64,000 nucleotides of DNA from Nitrospirota bacterium (GCA_049325335.1 JBMOMC010000007.1:160001-224000); one strand, 5' to 3'. Shown: positions 27,879 to 40,500, counted from the first letter of the stretch. The notes: generated by a model from the sequence alone, not told the origin. Made by a program: numbers and translations.

Positions 27879-29332
27879 GAGGACGCCGCGTCGGATGTCA
27901 CCACGCGGTTTTTACCCGAGGCTTTGGCCCGATACAACGCGTCGTCCGCGGTTTGAATCAACGTCTCGGCCGACCACTCGCCGAGCGACGAGGCGATCCC
28001 GATACTGATGGTCAGCGACTGCGGCAACTCGCCGGCCGTGAGCGTAAACGGGTGGGCCTCCACGACTTGACGAATCTTCTCCCCCACATTGTGCGCCTGC
28101 CTCTGGTCGATCTCGGGTAACAGGATCACGAACTCCTCGCCGCCGTACCGAGCCACCAAGTCCGCCGATCGCGTGTACGCCAACAAGAGGGCCGCGATCT
28201 CCCTGAGAATCTGATCCCCTTTGAGATGGCCGTACGTATCGTTGTAGCGCTTAAAGTTGTCCAAATCGATCATCAACAACGACACCGGCGACTCGTACCG
28301 CCGCGCGTGTTGGACGCTGCGCGCGAGCTGCTGGCGAAAGTACCGGTAGTTGTGTAGACCGGTCAAACCGTCGCGGATCGCCAGTTGCTGAATTTCTTGA
28401 TAGAAACCCAGGTTGGCGATCGCCATCGCGGCATGGTTGGCCAACACTGACAACAGACGGCCGTCTTCATGCGTAACCCACTTCGGCTTATTCGCTGCCA
28501 CGATCAACCCGCTCACCCGACCTTGAAAATACAGCGGGACCGCCGCCATGTTATAGAAGCCGAACGCCCGGGTCAGCTCATGGATGATCCGCGGGTCCGA
28601 CTGTGGATCGTTCGAGACCAACACGCCCTGGCCTTTGAAGTCCCACGCCGCCCGAATCTCCGGCGTCACGCGGTAACGCACCGCCGCCAGATGATCGTCT
28701 CGCACGCCGTAACCGGGAACCTGCGCCACCATGTCATGGGAACTCTTGTCGTACCGGAGGACAAAACAGATCTCGGCTCCAAGCGCCTCGGCGATGTGCG
28801 TGGTGAGGTGCCGGTACAGTTCGTCGGCTTCCTGAAACCGCGCGCACCCCTCTCCAAAACGGCCGATCACCGTGAGTTCATGCAACTGACGGTCCCGATC
28901 ACGAAGCGCCTGCTGCATCACCGCCTCGCGTTCGGCGAGCGCGAACGACATGTGATCGAACGCCTGGGTCACCTCCCATAGATCGCGGTCGCGGGTCACC
29001 ACGGGCGGCAACGGAATGTGCGAGGAGCCCGGCGTGATGTTCCGCACGGCCGAGGCCAGTGCCGCGATCGGGCGCAGGATGTGGCGTGAGACCACCCACG
29101 CGAACGCCACGGTGGCGAGCGCCAATACGCCGGCCAGCCACATGACCGCGTTCAACGCCGCGCGCGGTTGCATCTGGCCGAACGCCGCGAGCACGTCGGT
29201 GAGCGCGCCGAATCGCGCCACCACGTACCCCGCGGTCACCAGCAAGACAAAACACGTCCAGCCCGCGAACGCCGCGATGAGTTTGTTTCGCAGCGTCATC
29301 TCGTTGAGGCGATTCACCCAGCGACGGAGCAT
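27875..29332 (-). CDS. Diguanylate cyclase (2 TM-HAMP-GAF-GGDEF)
   Basis: 'DGLTGLHN', 'DLDNFKRYNDTYGHLKGD', 'RSADLVARYGGEEF' (intact active site plus RxxD I-site). Confidence 0.95.
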   Translation of the reverse strand: MLRRWVNRLNEMTLRNKLIAAFAGWTCFVLLVTAGYVVARFGALTDVLAAFGQMQPRAALNAVMWLAGVLALATVAFAWVVSRHILRPIAALASAVRNITPGSSHIPLPPVVTRDRDLWEVTQAFDHMSFALAEREAVMQQALRDRDRQLHELTVIGRFGEGCARFQEADELYRHLTTHIAEALGAEICFVLRYDKSSHDMVAQVPGYGVRDDHLAAVRYRVTPEIRAAWDFKGQGVLVSNDPQSDPRIIHELTRAFGFYNMAAVPLYFQGRVSGLIVAANKPKWVTHEDGRLLSVLANHAAMAIANLGFYQEIQQLAIRDGLTGLHNYRYFRQQLARSVQHARRYESPVSLLMIDLDNFKRYNDTYGHLKGDQILREIAALLLAYTRSADLVARYGGEEFVILLPEIDQRQAHNVGEKIRQVVEAHPFTLTAGELPQSLTISIGIASSLGEWSAETLIQTADDALYRAKASGKNRVVTSDAASS

Positions 29333-29334
29333 CG

Positions 29335-30978
29335 CTACTCCACCCGCGCCGTGAACGGCTTGGAACTTCCCTCGCGATCGTCGGTCCAGAGCACCATTGC
29401 TCGCCCCACATCATCAACCGCCACCGACGGCCGACCGTGTTGTTGAACACCTAGTAGCATGGAATCGTCGTTCACTCTTACGTTCTGACTGAACGTCGTC
29501 TGCCCAGCGAGCCTCCGAGCGACATAGATATCGGTCTGGCCCGTACCGTCGTCAGCAATCGGGCACGTCGACGGGCTCCCGCTGATCTCGATACATTTTC
29601 GATTGTCCGCAAACGCCACCGTCACCTCGCCGTCGGCACCCAGTGCCACACTAGGGAAATTTTGTTCTGATCCGAGTCCTGCGTCGTCGATGACCAACAC
29701 GTTGTCAGTCACACCAAGCCCCTCGGCGCTGCTGCTGGCGAAATAGACATGACGGCGTAGCGTCGCCGTACGGCCGTCGCTCCAGGCCACTACTGCCATT
29801 CCGGAGGAACCCACCGCGACACTGGCTAAGGCCTGTGGGCCGGCAACCACAGCATTCACCCGAGTTTCCGACGCGACCAACTCAATGGCGCCGCCACTCA
29901 TCCTAGCACGTCGCCACCATACGTCATTCGACCCTTCGCTCGGATCGTCCCTGGTGTCGCTCCACGCCACCACGATCGATCCGCGATCGTTGACGGCAAC
30001 TGCAGGACGAATCGGGTGAAGCGCGGTGGGCCCGCTGGCCTGAACCGGACTTGAGATGGTAAATGTTCCACTGTCCGTTAGCTCCCCAAGGGCCAGAAAA
30101 ATCGCCGTGTCCGAGGCACCTTGAGCCACCCACGCGAAGCAGGCCGTTCCTTGAGGAGCTACGGCGAGCGCAACGAGTGGGTCTCCCACCGCCCCCATCA
30201 ACGCGACGAATTGACTCGGACCGAGGACAACGCTCCCCGACGCATTCAGGCCGACACCCCTTGCATACACCTCCCACTGCACGCCGTCCGGACTACCGAC
30301 CCACACCACAACCGCGCGCCCGGCGGCGTCAACCGCCACAGATGGGTATCGATGGGGATGGGTGGTCGTCGTCGGACTCAGTTGCGACGGCGGACTGAAT
30401 GTTTGTCCGCGATCCCTACTCACACTGAGATACACGCGTTCCAGACCACTCAGGTTTTCACTCCACACGTAGTAGACGGTTGATCCGTACAATGCCGTGC
30501 TGCGTTGTCCCCCAGACAATGTGCCGGCCGAGGCCCCACTCGCTCCCACCGGAAGTGCAGCATTGGCCTGCGGTTCTAACTGCGTACCCACCACCACCCG
30601 AATGCTCTGGGTGATCGTCCCGCGGGGATCGTCGGTACTGGTCGCGCGAATGATCGGAGAGTCATCTGGAACCGTGTTCGGCGCGGTATAAACGCCGTCC
30701 GCGTCGATTGTTCCGTACGCGGTGCCACCGATAACCGACCAGGTAACACCAGGCCCTGCATCGATTACCGTCGCGTCAAAATCGAGCGATCCGCCCTTGG
30801 TCGTGGTCGTACCATCTTTTGGCACAATAATGACCGTAGCTGGAGGGCTGACGCCTACTGACCCGCTGCTGCCCCCACCTCCACCCCCGCCGGATGAGCA
30901 GGCCCCGAGCAACAGGAGCCCCCAGGCCCATACCGCGCCCGTCGAAAGCCCCCGTACACGGTTTACGACGTACCTCAT
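29335..30978 (-). CDS. Lipoprotein with Ig-like domain and probable BNR/sialidase-like beta-propeller
   Basis: Lipobox 'LLLGAC' plus poly-Gly linker; Ig-like 'VTWSV...GTID..GVYTAP'; Asp-box-like 'SRDRGQTF'; repeated 'PSVAV...G...V.W.D.R' blades. Confidence 0.8.
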   Translation of the reverse strand: MRYVVNRVRGLSTGAVWAWGLLLLGACSSGGGGGGGSSGSVGVSPPATVIIVPKDGTTTTKGGSLDFDATVIDAGPGVTWSVIGGTAYGTIDADGVYTAPNTVPDDSPIIRATSTDDPRGTITQSIRVVVGTQLEPQANAALPVGASGASAGTLSGGQRSTALYGSTVYYVWSENLSGLERVYLSVSRDRGQTFSPPSQLSPTTTTHPHRYPSVAVDAAGRAVVVWVGSPDGVQWEVYARGVGLNASGSVVLGPSQFVALMGAVGDPLVALAVAPQGTACFAWVAQGASDTAIFLALGELTDSGTFTISSPVQASGPTALHPIRPAVAVNDRGSIVVAWSDTRDDPSEGSNDVWWRRARMSGGAIELVASETRVNAVVAGPQALASVAVGSSGMAVVAWSDGRTATLRRHVYFASSSAEGLGVTDNVLVIDDAGLGSEQNFPSVALGADGEVTVAFADNRKCIEISGSPSTCPIADDGTGQTDIYVARRLAGQTTFSQNVRVNDDSMLLGVQQHGRPSVAVDDVGRAMVLWTDDREGSSKPFTARVE

Positions 30979-31004
30979 ACGCCCCTGACCAGCTTAGACA
31001 GACA

Positions 31005-31506
31005 TCATGGCGCAAAATTCCAGATCTGCACGCCCATGCGGGCGGTGCCGGTGCCGCGCGTGACCCGCGCGGTAGTGGCATTGTCCAAGGTGACCCGGAA
31101 CTGCGCCACGTTGATCGCGCCCACCGTGGTCGAGGAGGCCTGCGCCCCGCTGTGCCCAAACGGCGCAGACCGTGCCCAGCGCCACGGTCTGCGCCGGGGT
31201 GACCGCGCTGATCGCCGCCGTGGTCGTGGTCACGCCCGCGCCCACCGGGATGTCCAGGTGCTGCACGCTCACCACCCCCGGGCTGGGACTGCACCAGCTC
31301 CCACACCAGCTCCAAGGTCTGGCCCGCCACCTGCCGCGCCAACAGGATAGAGCAGGGTGCGCGTGCGATCCACCGCCACCGGCGCTACACGCGGCAAGCA
31401 GGCCCACCGCGCACGCGACGAGCGTGCGCCGAAGCGTCGTAACGTGTACGCGCTCATCGTGGCAGGGAACGCAGGGAATCTGACTGTCGGCAAACATACG
31501 TCTCAT
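31005..31506 (-). pseudogene. Fragmented lipoprotein gene carrying repeats homologous to the giant protein's N-terminal domain
   Basis: Lipobox 'GLLAAC-SAGGGG'. Then, in changing frames: 'VAVDRTRTLLY', 'ARQVAGQTLELVWELVQ', 'VVSVQHLDIPVGAGVTTTTAAISAVTPAQTVA' and 'QFRVTLDNATTARVTRGTGTARMGVQIWNFAP*'. Confidence 0.7.
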
Positions 31507-31515
31507 CCCTCACCC

Positions 31516-34500
31516 TTACGGGAACACGTTCGGATCGTTGTAGAACATGGGGTTGGCAATGACGTGACCGGTATTGGGATTGACCGCGACGAACGAGAAC
31601 GGAATCCGGTAGAGAATCCCCCCGACGGTGTAGCTCAGGATCACATATTGCCTGGCGTTAGCCGTCATTCCAGAGATGGTGGACAGGGTCACGGTGTACT
31701 CGTTGTTCACTGTCGAGTAGTTCGACGTGATCGACCCGACGGTCTCGGTCGCCCCTGCGCTGTCTCGCCACCGATTGAGAGTGAACGTGCCTGCCCCCCC
31801 ATTAAAGAGGGCGCCGGATTGATCGTAGAATCTGACTCTGATCGTGGCGCTGGGCACCGCGGCTCCGCTACCGAGGATCGTCACGGTGGACGGTTGGACC
31901 GATACGTGTCGATGTCCGGTGGGCGTCCCGGCTCCATAATTGAAGGCGGCACTGGCCTCTAGCCGTTGGTTGTCGGTGGCCGTGGCATCCAGAAGACGCG
32001 TGGTCACGATCAGCAGGTCGCCCGACACGACGGGGGCGCCGGCATTGAGCGTAATCGTCCGCGCATACACGCCGCCGCCCACGTTCGTCACGGTCGCACC
32101 AACGGTAAAGTTCGTGCCGTTCGTCAGGTTAGCGGCGGTCCGGGTATTGCGGATCGTGACGTTCGCCGATGGGAACGACGTCGCCGTCAGCGTGGTCACC
32201 GGGTTGCCGTCCTGATCCAGGACCCAGTGCCGGAGCGTCAGCGTTTGCGGCAAGGTGGCGGGGACGGTCATGGGCGAGACATCGACCTGGAAGAGCGCCA
32301 CCCGCCCGGCCAAGCCGCTCCCCGCCACGTTGATCGTTTCGGTCTGCCTGGCATTGACCGCGTTCGCCGTGAGTGTGACCGTCGCGACGCTGGGCGTGGT
32401 CGAGGTGGCCCCGGTGTCTCGGACGTAGAAGAGACCCGACCCATCGGTAAACGACACCGACGTGGCACCGAAAATGATGCCATTCGTCGAGAAGCTCATG
32501 GTCGGCGAGGTGGACGACAGGGTCGCGGTGCCGGTCACGGGATTGCTGCCGGCGTCGAGCGCGGTGAACGAGACGGGCCCCGATGTCGCGCTCCCCTGGA
32601 GGGCCTGCGGGCGCGAGGTGATCGTGAGCGTCGCCACCGGACTATCATTGATCGGCGCCGCCAACGCCTCGTTGCTGTTGACCGACTCCTGGGTCCCGTC
32701 GAACGCTCTGATCACGTAGTAATAGGTCGTTCCGTTCGCCAGCCCCGTGTCCGTGTACGTTGTGGTCGTATTGTTGGTGAACGTCGTGACCACGCTGTAC
32801 GGCCCGCCGCTCACCGTGCTCCGGTACACCCGCTGCTGGATCACGTCCGGCGCCGTGGACAACGTCCACGCGAGGTTGATCGCCCCACCATTGCCCGGTG
32901 TATCGGCCGCCGTAAGTCCCGTTGGAGCCGTGGGCACGATGTTGTCAGCCGGGCTCGCAGAGGCCTGGTTGCTGTTACCCGATTCGAGGCTCCCGTCAAA
33001 CGCCCGGAGCACGTAGTAGTACGTGATCCCATTGGTCAGCCCGGTGTCGGTGACCGTCGTGGTCGTGTTGCCCGCGATCGTCGCGATCACCGTGTACGGC
33101 CCGCCGCTGGTGGTACTACGGTAGATCCGCTGTTGCGTCACGTCCGGCGCCGTGGACACGGCCCAGTTCAAGACAATCGCTCCCCCTTGATCCGCCAACA
33201 CATCCGCCGCGCTCACGCTCGTGGGCGCCGCCGGCGCCAGGTTGTCCGCCGGGGTCGCGAACGCCTGGTTGCTATTGGCCGATTCCGTGATCCCGTTGTA
33301 CGCCCGCACCACGTAGTAGTACGTGGTCCCGTTGGTCAATCCCGTGTCGGTCAACGTGCCCGTGGTGTTGTTCAGGATCGTCGTGATCACCGTATACGGC
33401 CCACCGCTGGTCGTGCTCCGGTACACCCGTTGCTGGGTGACCCCCGACGCAGGGGACGGGGTCCACGCCAGACTGAGCGCCCCACCGTTGTCCGCTAACA
33501 CGTCCGTGGCGCTCAACCCTGACGGTGGGGTGTTATCCATCGGAACCGCCGATGCCTGATTCGAGTCGGGCGATTCCTGAGTCCCGTCGTACGCCCGCAC
33601 CACATAGTAGTAAGTGGTCCCGTTAGTCAGGCCCGTGTCGGTGTACGTACTCGTCGTGTTGTTCGCGATCGTCGTGATCACCGTGTACGGCCCGCCCGAG
33701 GTCGTGGACCGATACACGCGTTGCTGGGTGACATCCGGCGCGCTCGAGACGGTCCACGTCAGCACGATCGCCCCGCCCTGATCCGCCACCACGTCCGCCG
33801 CGCTCACGCCCGTGGGCGCCGCCGGCGCCAGGTTGTCCGCCGGGGTCGCCAACGCCTGGTTGCTGTTGCCCGATTCGAGGCTCCCGTCAAACACCCGGAG
33901 CACGTAGTAGTACGTGGTCCCGTTGGTCAGGCCCGTGTCGGTCAATGTGCTCGTCGTGTTGTTCAGGATCGTGGCGATCACACTGTATGGCCCGCCGCTG
34001 GTCGTGCTCCGGTACACCCGCTGCTGCGTGATCCCGCCGGACGTCGACGGCGTCCAGAGCAGACTCACCGCGCCGCCGTTGTCCCCACCCACATCCGCCG
34101 CGCTCAGTCCGGTCGGCGGGTTCGGCGCCAGGTTGTTGAGCGGCACGGCGAACGCCTGGTTCGAGTTGCCCGATTCTTGGGTCGCGTCATACGCGCGCAC
34201 CACATAGTAGTACGTCGTCCCATTGGTCAGGCCGGTGTCGGTCAGTGTGCTCGTCGTGTTGTTCAGGATCGTGGCGATCACACTGTATGGGCCGCCGCTC
34301 GTGGTGCTGCGGTAGATCCGCTGCTGGGTCACGTCGGTCGCACTCGAGACCGTCCACGCCAGGTTTACGGCCCCGCCCGCATCGCCCGGCGTATCCACTG
34401 CGCTGAGCGTGGTCGGCGCCGCCGGCGCCAGGTCGTCATCCGGAACTGCGCTGACCTGGGTGCTGTTGACGGACTCCTGCGTGGCGTCGAACGTCCGAAG

Positions 34501-37500
34501 TATGTAGAAGTACAGGGTCCCGTTGGTCAGGCCAGTGTCGGTAAACGTGCTCGTGCTGTTGTTGGTGATCGTGGCCACCACCGTGTATGGCCCGCCGCTC
34601 GTGGTGCTGCGGTAGATCCGCTGCTGGATCACGTCGGACGCGCTCGACACGGTCCAGGTCAGGGTGAGGGCCCCGCCTTGATCCGCCGGGGTATCCGCCG
34701 CGCTCACCCCGGTCGGCGCGGCCGGCGCCAGGTTGTCGACCGGTGCGGCCGACGACTGATTGGAATCGGACGACTCGTTGGTTCCATCAAACGCCCGGAG
34801 TATGTAGAAGTACGTCACCCCGTTCACCAAACCAGTATCCGTGTACGAGGTCGCGGTATTGTTCGTAATCGTCGCCAACAAGGAGTACGGTCCGCCGCCC
34901 GTTGTCGAGCGGTAGATGCGCTGGGCCGTCACATCCGACGACGTCGAGGGCGTCCAAATCAGGCTCACCGCCCCGCCGTTGTCCGCGAGCACGTCCGTCG
35001 CGCTCAGGCCGGTCGGCGCTGCCGGCGCAATGTTATCGAGCGGACTCGCGGACGCCTGGTTGCTGTTGAGCGATTCTTGAGTCGCGTCGAACGCCCGGAC
35101 CACGTAGAAGTATGCCACCCCGTTCACCAGGCCCGAGTCCGTGTACCCGGACACGATGTTGTTCGGAATCGTGGCCACGACCGTGTACGGCCCGCCGGAC
35201 ACGGTGCCGCGGTAGAGGCGTTGCTGCGTGACGTCGGGCGACGTGGACGGCGTCCAGGTCAACGCGAGCACGCCGCCGTTATCAGCCGGCACGTCGGACG
35301 CGGCCAATGTGGTCGGCGCGGCCGGCGCAATGTTATCGAGCGGACTCGCGGCAACCTGCGCCGAGTTCGGCGATTCATTGGAGCCGTCGAACGCGCGGAG
35401 CACGTAGTAGAAGGTGACCCCGTTCACCAGCGCGAGATCCGTATACGTGGTTGTCGTGTTGTTCGGAATGGCGAACACCTGGGTGTACGGCCCGCCGCTG
35501 GTGGTGCTACGATAGATCCGCTGCGCGGTCACGTCGGTCGACGTCGAGACGGTCCAGGTCAGATCGATCGCGCCGCCGTTGTCCGCCGGGGTATCCGCTG
35601 CGGTCGGGAACGTGGGCGCCGCGGGCGCGATATTGTCGAGCGGGATCGCGGAAGTCTCCACGCTGTTGGCCGATTCGACCGTGCCGTTGAACGCGCGAAT
35701 CACGTAGTAGTACCGAGTTCCCGTGGCCAGGCCCGTGTTGACCGCGCTGCCGGTGGTGTTGTTCGGGATCGTGAGGATCACGGTGTAGGGCCCGCCCGAG
35801 GTGGTAGACCGGTACACGCGTTGTTCGATCAACCCCGGCATGGGCGATGGCGTCCAGGACAGGTCGATCGACCCGCCTTGATCACCCGGCGTGTCCGTCG
35901 CGGTGACGTTCGTGGGCGCCCGGTTATCGATCGGCGCGGACGACGTTTCCCCCGAGTTGCCGGACTCGGCCAGCCCGTTCCACGCCCGGATCACGTAGTA
36001 ATACGCCGTTCCCGCCGTAAGGCCCGCATCGACGTACGAACTGGTGGTGTTATTGGTGATCGTCGCCACGACCGAATACGGTCCACCCGACGTCAGTGAG
36101 CGGTACAATCGCTGTTCGGTCACGGTGGTTGTCACCGACGGCGTCCAACTCAGGCTGAGCGCCGTGCCCGTGTCCGACGGCGCGTCCGCGGCAGTGAGTC
36201 CGGTCGGGGCCGCCACGAACACATCATTAAACGGCGCGGCACTGTCCTCGTTCGAGTCCGCGCTCTCTTGCGAGCCGTCGAACGCGCGCACGACGTAGTA
36301 GTACGTGGTGCCGGGGGTCAATCCGGTATCCGTGTAGGTGCTCGCGGCCGCGCCCACCCCCTGGACCTGGGCGTAGGGACCGCCGGACGTGGTGGCCCGG
36401 TAGATGCGTTGCTGCACCACGTCGAGCGACGTCGAAGGGGTCCACGAGAGGTTCAGCGCGGTCCCGTTGTCGGCCGGAGTGTCGACCACGTTGAGCCCGG
36501 TGGGCGCGGCCGGCGCGGAATTGTCCAGGGGCGCGGCCGACGCCTGATTCGAGTCTCCGGATTCCTGCGTGCCGTTCCACGCCCGCACCACGTAGAAGTA
36601 CGTCACCCCGTTGACCAACCCAATGTCCAGGTACGACGCGGTGGTATTACCCGCCAGGGTGGCGATCAACGTGTACGGCCCGCCGTTGGACGTGCTGCGG
36701 AAGGCCCGCTGCTCGATGATGCCGGGCGCGGCCGAGGGCGTCCAGTTCAGAGTGATCGCGCCGCCTTCATCGGCCGGACGATCAGCGGCCGTGACCCCGG
36801 TCGGCGCGGCAGGCGCGAATCCGGAGGGCACCGCGGTATCCGCATTGCCGGCCGGAGTGGTGGCGTCGTTCCAGTTGCCGGCGGTGTCTCGCGTGTACAC
36901 CGCGTAGAAGTACGTGGTGCCGTTGACCAACCCCGTGTCGAACACGGACACCGACCCGCCCGACGCCGGGCTGGTCGAATTGTACGCCACGATCGCCGAG
37001 GGATCCGCGTGCCCAGTGGGGTACGCGCCGATCCGACGCGCCACCAACACCTGCGCCAACGTAGGATCAAACGGGTTGGTCCAACTCAGCGTCGAGCCGC
37101 TGTCCGCCCCGTCGCCCGCGGCAAAGTCGAGCACGGCCGGCGGGGGCACGGTGTCGAGCGGCGTGACCGACGCCTGATTGGAGTTCGAACTCTCGTTCCC
37201 GCTGGTGTCGTACGATCGAACCACGTAGTAATACACCGTCCCCGCGGTCAGCCCGCGATCCGTGTAACTGGTGATCAGGCTCGGATACGTGTTGACCCTG
37301 GTATAGGGGCCTCCGTTGATCGTGGACCGATACAGGACGTACCCCGCCACATCGGGATCAGGCACACCGGTCCACGACAGATCCACCGCGTCCCCGTTGT
37401 CGTTGGGATAATCCGCGGCCGCCAAACCGCTGGGCGCCGACGGTGGCGTAGTTTCGTTCCACGGGATCGTGAGGCGCGACTGATACGCGGGCGGCGAGGA

Positions 37501-40500
37501 GACGGTTCCCTCCACAAACAACCGCGCGCTGACGTTGATGGTCGGCGACGTACTCAGACGCACCCCGGTCCAGAGCCACAACCGGTCGGTCACCGCCAAC
37601 GTCACCGGCGAGGTGTTGAGACAGTTGAACGTCAGCGCAGTGATGGCGGCGGTCAGAGGGGCCAGCCCAGGGTTGGTTGCGTCGTCCGCCACGCAGACCG
37701 TGGTCCGCACCGCCGAGGCATCCACCCTGGAGACCGATGCCCGCGGGTAGAGTACGCCAGAACCGGACAGATCCGTGGTTTTATCCATGTAAAGCATGAC
37801 GCGGAACACCGAGCCGGCCGGGATGGTCACCGCGCCGCCGGGATCATTGCTTTGGGTCTCGAACGCCTCGATAAAGAACGACCCTGGCACCTCGTTCGCA
37901 AGGTTGATGGTCTGATACGACGCCAGCGACGAGATCGGATCACCGTTGGTGCCGGGCGCGTCCTGTTTGAGACGGCGGTACAACGAGTCGACCGCCGACG
38001 TCTCCTGATGGAGATACTCCGCTGCGTTGGAACGCGGAACCGCGGAGGCCTCGGCGGACATCGGGCTCTCAAAGGTCCCGTCCCACGCGCGCACCACGTA
38101 GTAGTACGTGGTCCCATTGGTCAACCCGCTGTCGATAAACGCGGTGGCGGTCCCGGCCGTACTCCCGGCCAAGGTATAGGGTCCGCCCGAGGTCCCGGCG
38201 CGAAGCACACGATATTGGCTGACATCTGGCGAAGACGACAGCACCCACGTCAGGCTCACCGCGCCTCCCAGATCCGCCGGGCGGTCCTGCGCGGCCAATA
38301 CCGTGGGCGCTGACGGCGGAATATTATCAAGCGGCGTGGCCGCGGCTTCATTCGAGTTGGGCGACTCCAGCGCGCCGTCGAACGCGCGCACCACGTAATA
38401 ATAGGTGGTGCCGTTGACCAACCCGGAGTCGGTCCAGGTACTGGTGGTCTGATTCATAAACGTCTGCACCAACACGTAGGAGAACCCCGAAACCACCGAC
38501 CGATAGACGCGTTGTTGCGTCACCGTTACCGACGTGGAGGGCGTCCAGTTCAGCGTCACCGACCCGCCGTTGTCCAACGGCACATCCGCGCCGGACAACG
38601 CGGTAGGCGGCAGCGGCGCCGCGCCCGCTCCTTGGGGCAACGCGGTGTCGGCGTTGAGGCCGGCGGTGGTGGTGTCGTTCCAGTTGCCGGCCTGATCGCG
38701 GGCGTACACCGCGTAGAAGTACACGGTCCCGTTGGTCAAGCCCGTGTCCACGATGTTCACCGATCCGCCCGACGCCGCCGACGCGTTGCTGTACACCGTC
38801 GCCGCGGCCGAGTCCGCGTGCCCGGCGGGATACGACCCGGTCTTGCGCTTCACGAGCACTTCGGCCAAATCCGACGCGATGGGATTGGTCCACGACAAGG
38901 TGGATTGGGTGGATGCCCCGTCGGAGGCGCCGAAGTTCGAAACCTGCGGCGGCGCGATGTTATCGAGTGGCGCGGCGAACGTCTGCGACGAGTTGAGACT
39001 CTCCGAGGTCCCGTCGAACGCACGCAGCACGTAGTAGTACGTCACGCCGGTGGTTACCCCGGTATCCGTCACGCTGTTGGTGGTGTTGTCGGTCAACGTC
39101 AGCACCACGGCATATGGCCCGCCGCTTGACGTGCTCCGGTACACGCGCTGCGCAATCACGTCGGCCGACACCGACACGGCCCAGGTCAGGTCGATGGCGC
39201 CACCTTGATCCGCGGGGTGGTCCGTTGCGGTGACCGCGTTCGGAGCGGCCGGGGGCATATTGTCGATCGGCGCGGCGGAGGCCGGGGCCGACCTGGCGCT
39301 TTCATTGCCCGCCGCGTCCACCGCGGTCACCCCATAGAAATAGACGGTCCCGTTGACCAGACCCGAATCCTGGAACGGCGAGGCGGCGAGCAACGCCAAC
39401 GTGACCCGCGTGTACGGGCCGCCGCTTGCGAGCGCGCGGTACACGTGGTACCCCGCGAGGTCGGGCTCGGTGTTCGCGGTCCACGCCAAATCGAGTACGC
39501 TGCCTTGATCAGTCGGGCGGTCCGCCGCGGTCAGACCGGTCGGCACCGCCGGCGGGGTGGTGTCGGGCGCGGACGCCGGGGTCGCGGTGTCCGCGTTGGA
39601 ACCCGCCGTCACCGCGTCGTTCCAGTTCCCGGTCAGATCCCGGCTGAATACCGCGTAGTAATACGTGACCCCGGCGGTGAGGCCGGTGTCCGAAATCGAC
39701 ACGCTCCCGCCGATCACGGGACTCGTCGTCGTGTACACCGTGGCGGCGGCCCCGTCGAGGTGGCCGGTGGGGTACGAACCGGTCCGACGCTTAATCAACA
39801 CCTCGCCCAAATCCGCCACGTTCGGGTTGGTCCACGACAGGGTCGAACCGAGCGGCGCGTTGTCCGAAGCCGAAAAATTCACCACCTGCGGAGGCGCCAT
39901 ATTGTCGGCAGGCGCCGCCGAGGCTTGGTTGGAGTTTACGCTTTCCTGCGTCCCATCGAACGCGCGGAGCACATAGTAATACGTGGTCCCGTTGGTCAGC
40001 CCGGTATCGGTCAAGGTCGTGCTGCTGTTGTTGGTGATGCTCGTAATCTGCGTGTACGGCCCGCCCGATGTCGTGGCCCGGTACACGTGCTGGGCCGACA
40101 CATCAGAAGACACCGAGGGCGTCCACGTTAGGTTGACGGCGCCGCCTTGATCCAGCGGCCGATCCACCGCGGCCACACTGGTGGGCGCAGCCGGCGCCAG
40201 GTTATCCAGCGGGGTGCCCACGGCCTCAAGTGAATTGGCCCCCTCGTTGGTGCCGTCGAACGCCCGCACCATGTAGTAGTACGGCGTCCCGAGGACCAAA
40301 CCTTGATCCAGGTAGGTTGTGGCCGTCACCAATGCCGCGTTGATCCGTGTGTACGGCCCCCCGCTGACCAACGCGCGATACACGTGGTAGCCCGTGACGT
40401 CGCCGGAGACCGACGCGGTCCACGAGATCGTCAGTGCCGTGCCTTGATCACCCGGCGTGTCCGTTGCCGTGACCCCGGTCGGCGGCGTAGGCGCCACGTT

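Noticed and set aside
31005..31506. Diversity-generating retroelement template/variable repeat pair with the giant gene tip
   Set aside because: Similarity is only at the protein level. I see no near-identical DNA pair with adenine-specific mismatches and no reverse transcriptase in the window.
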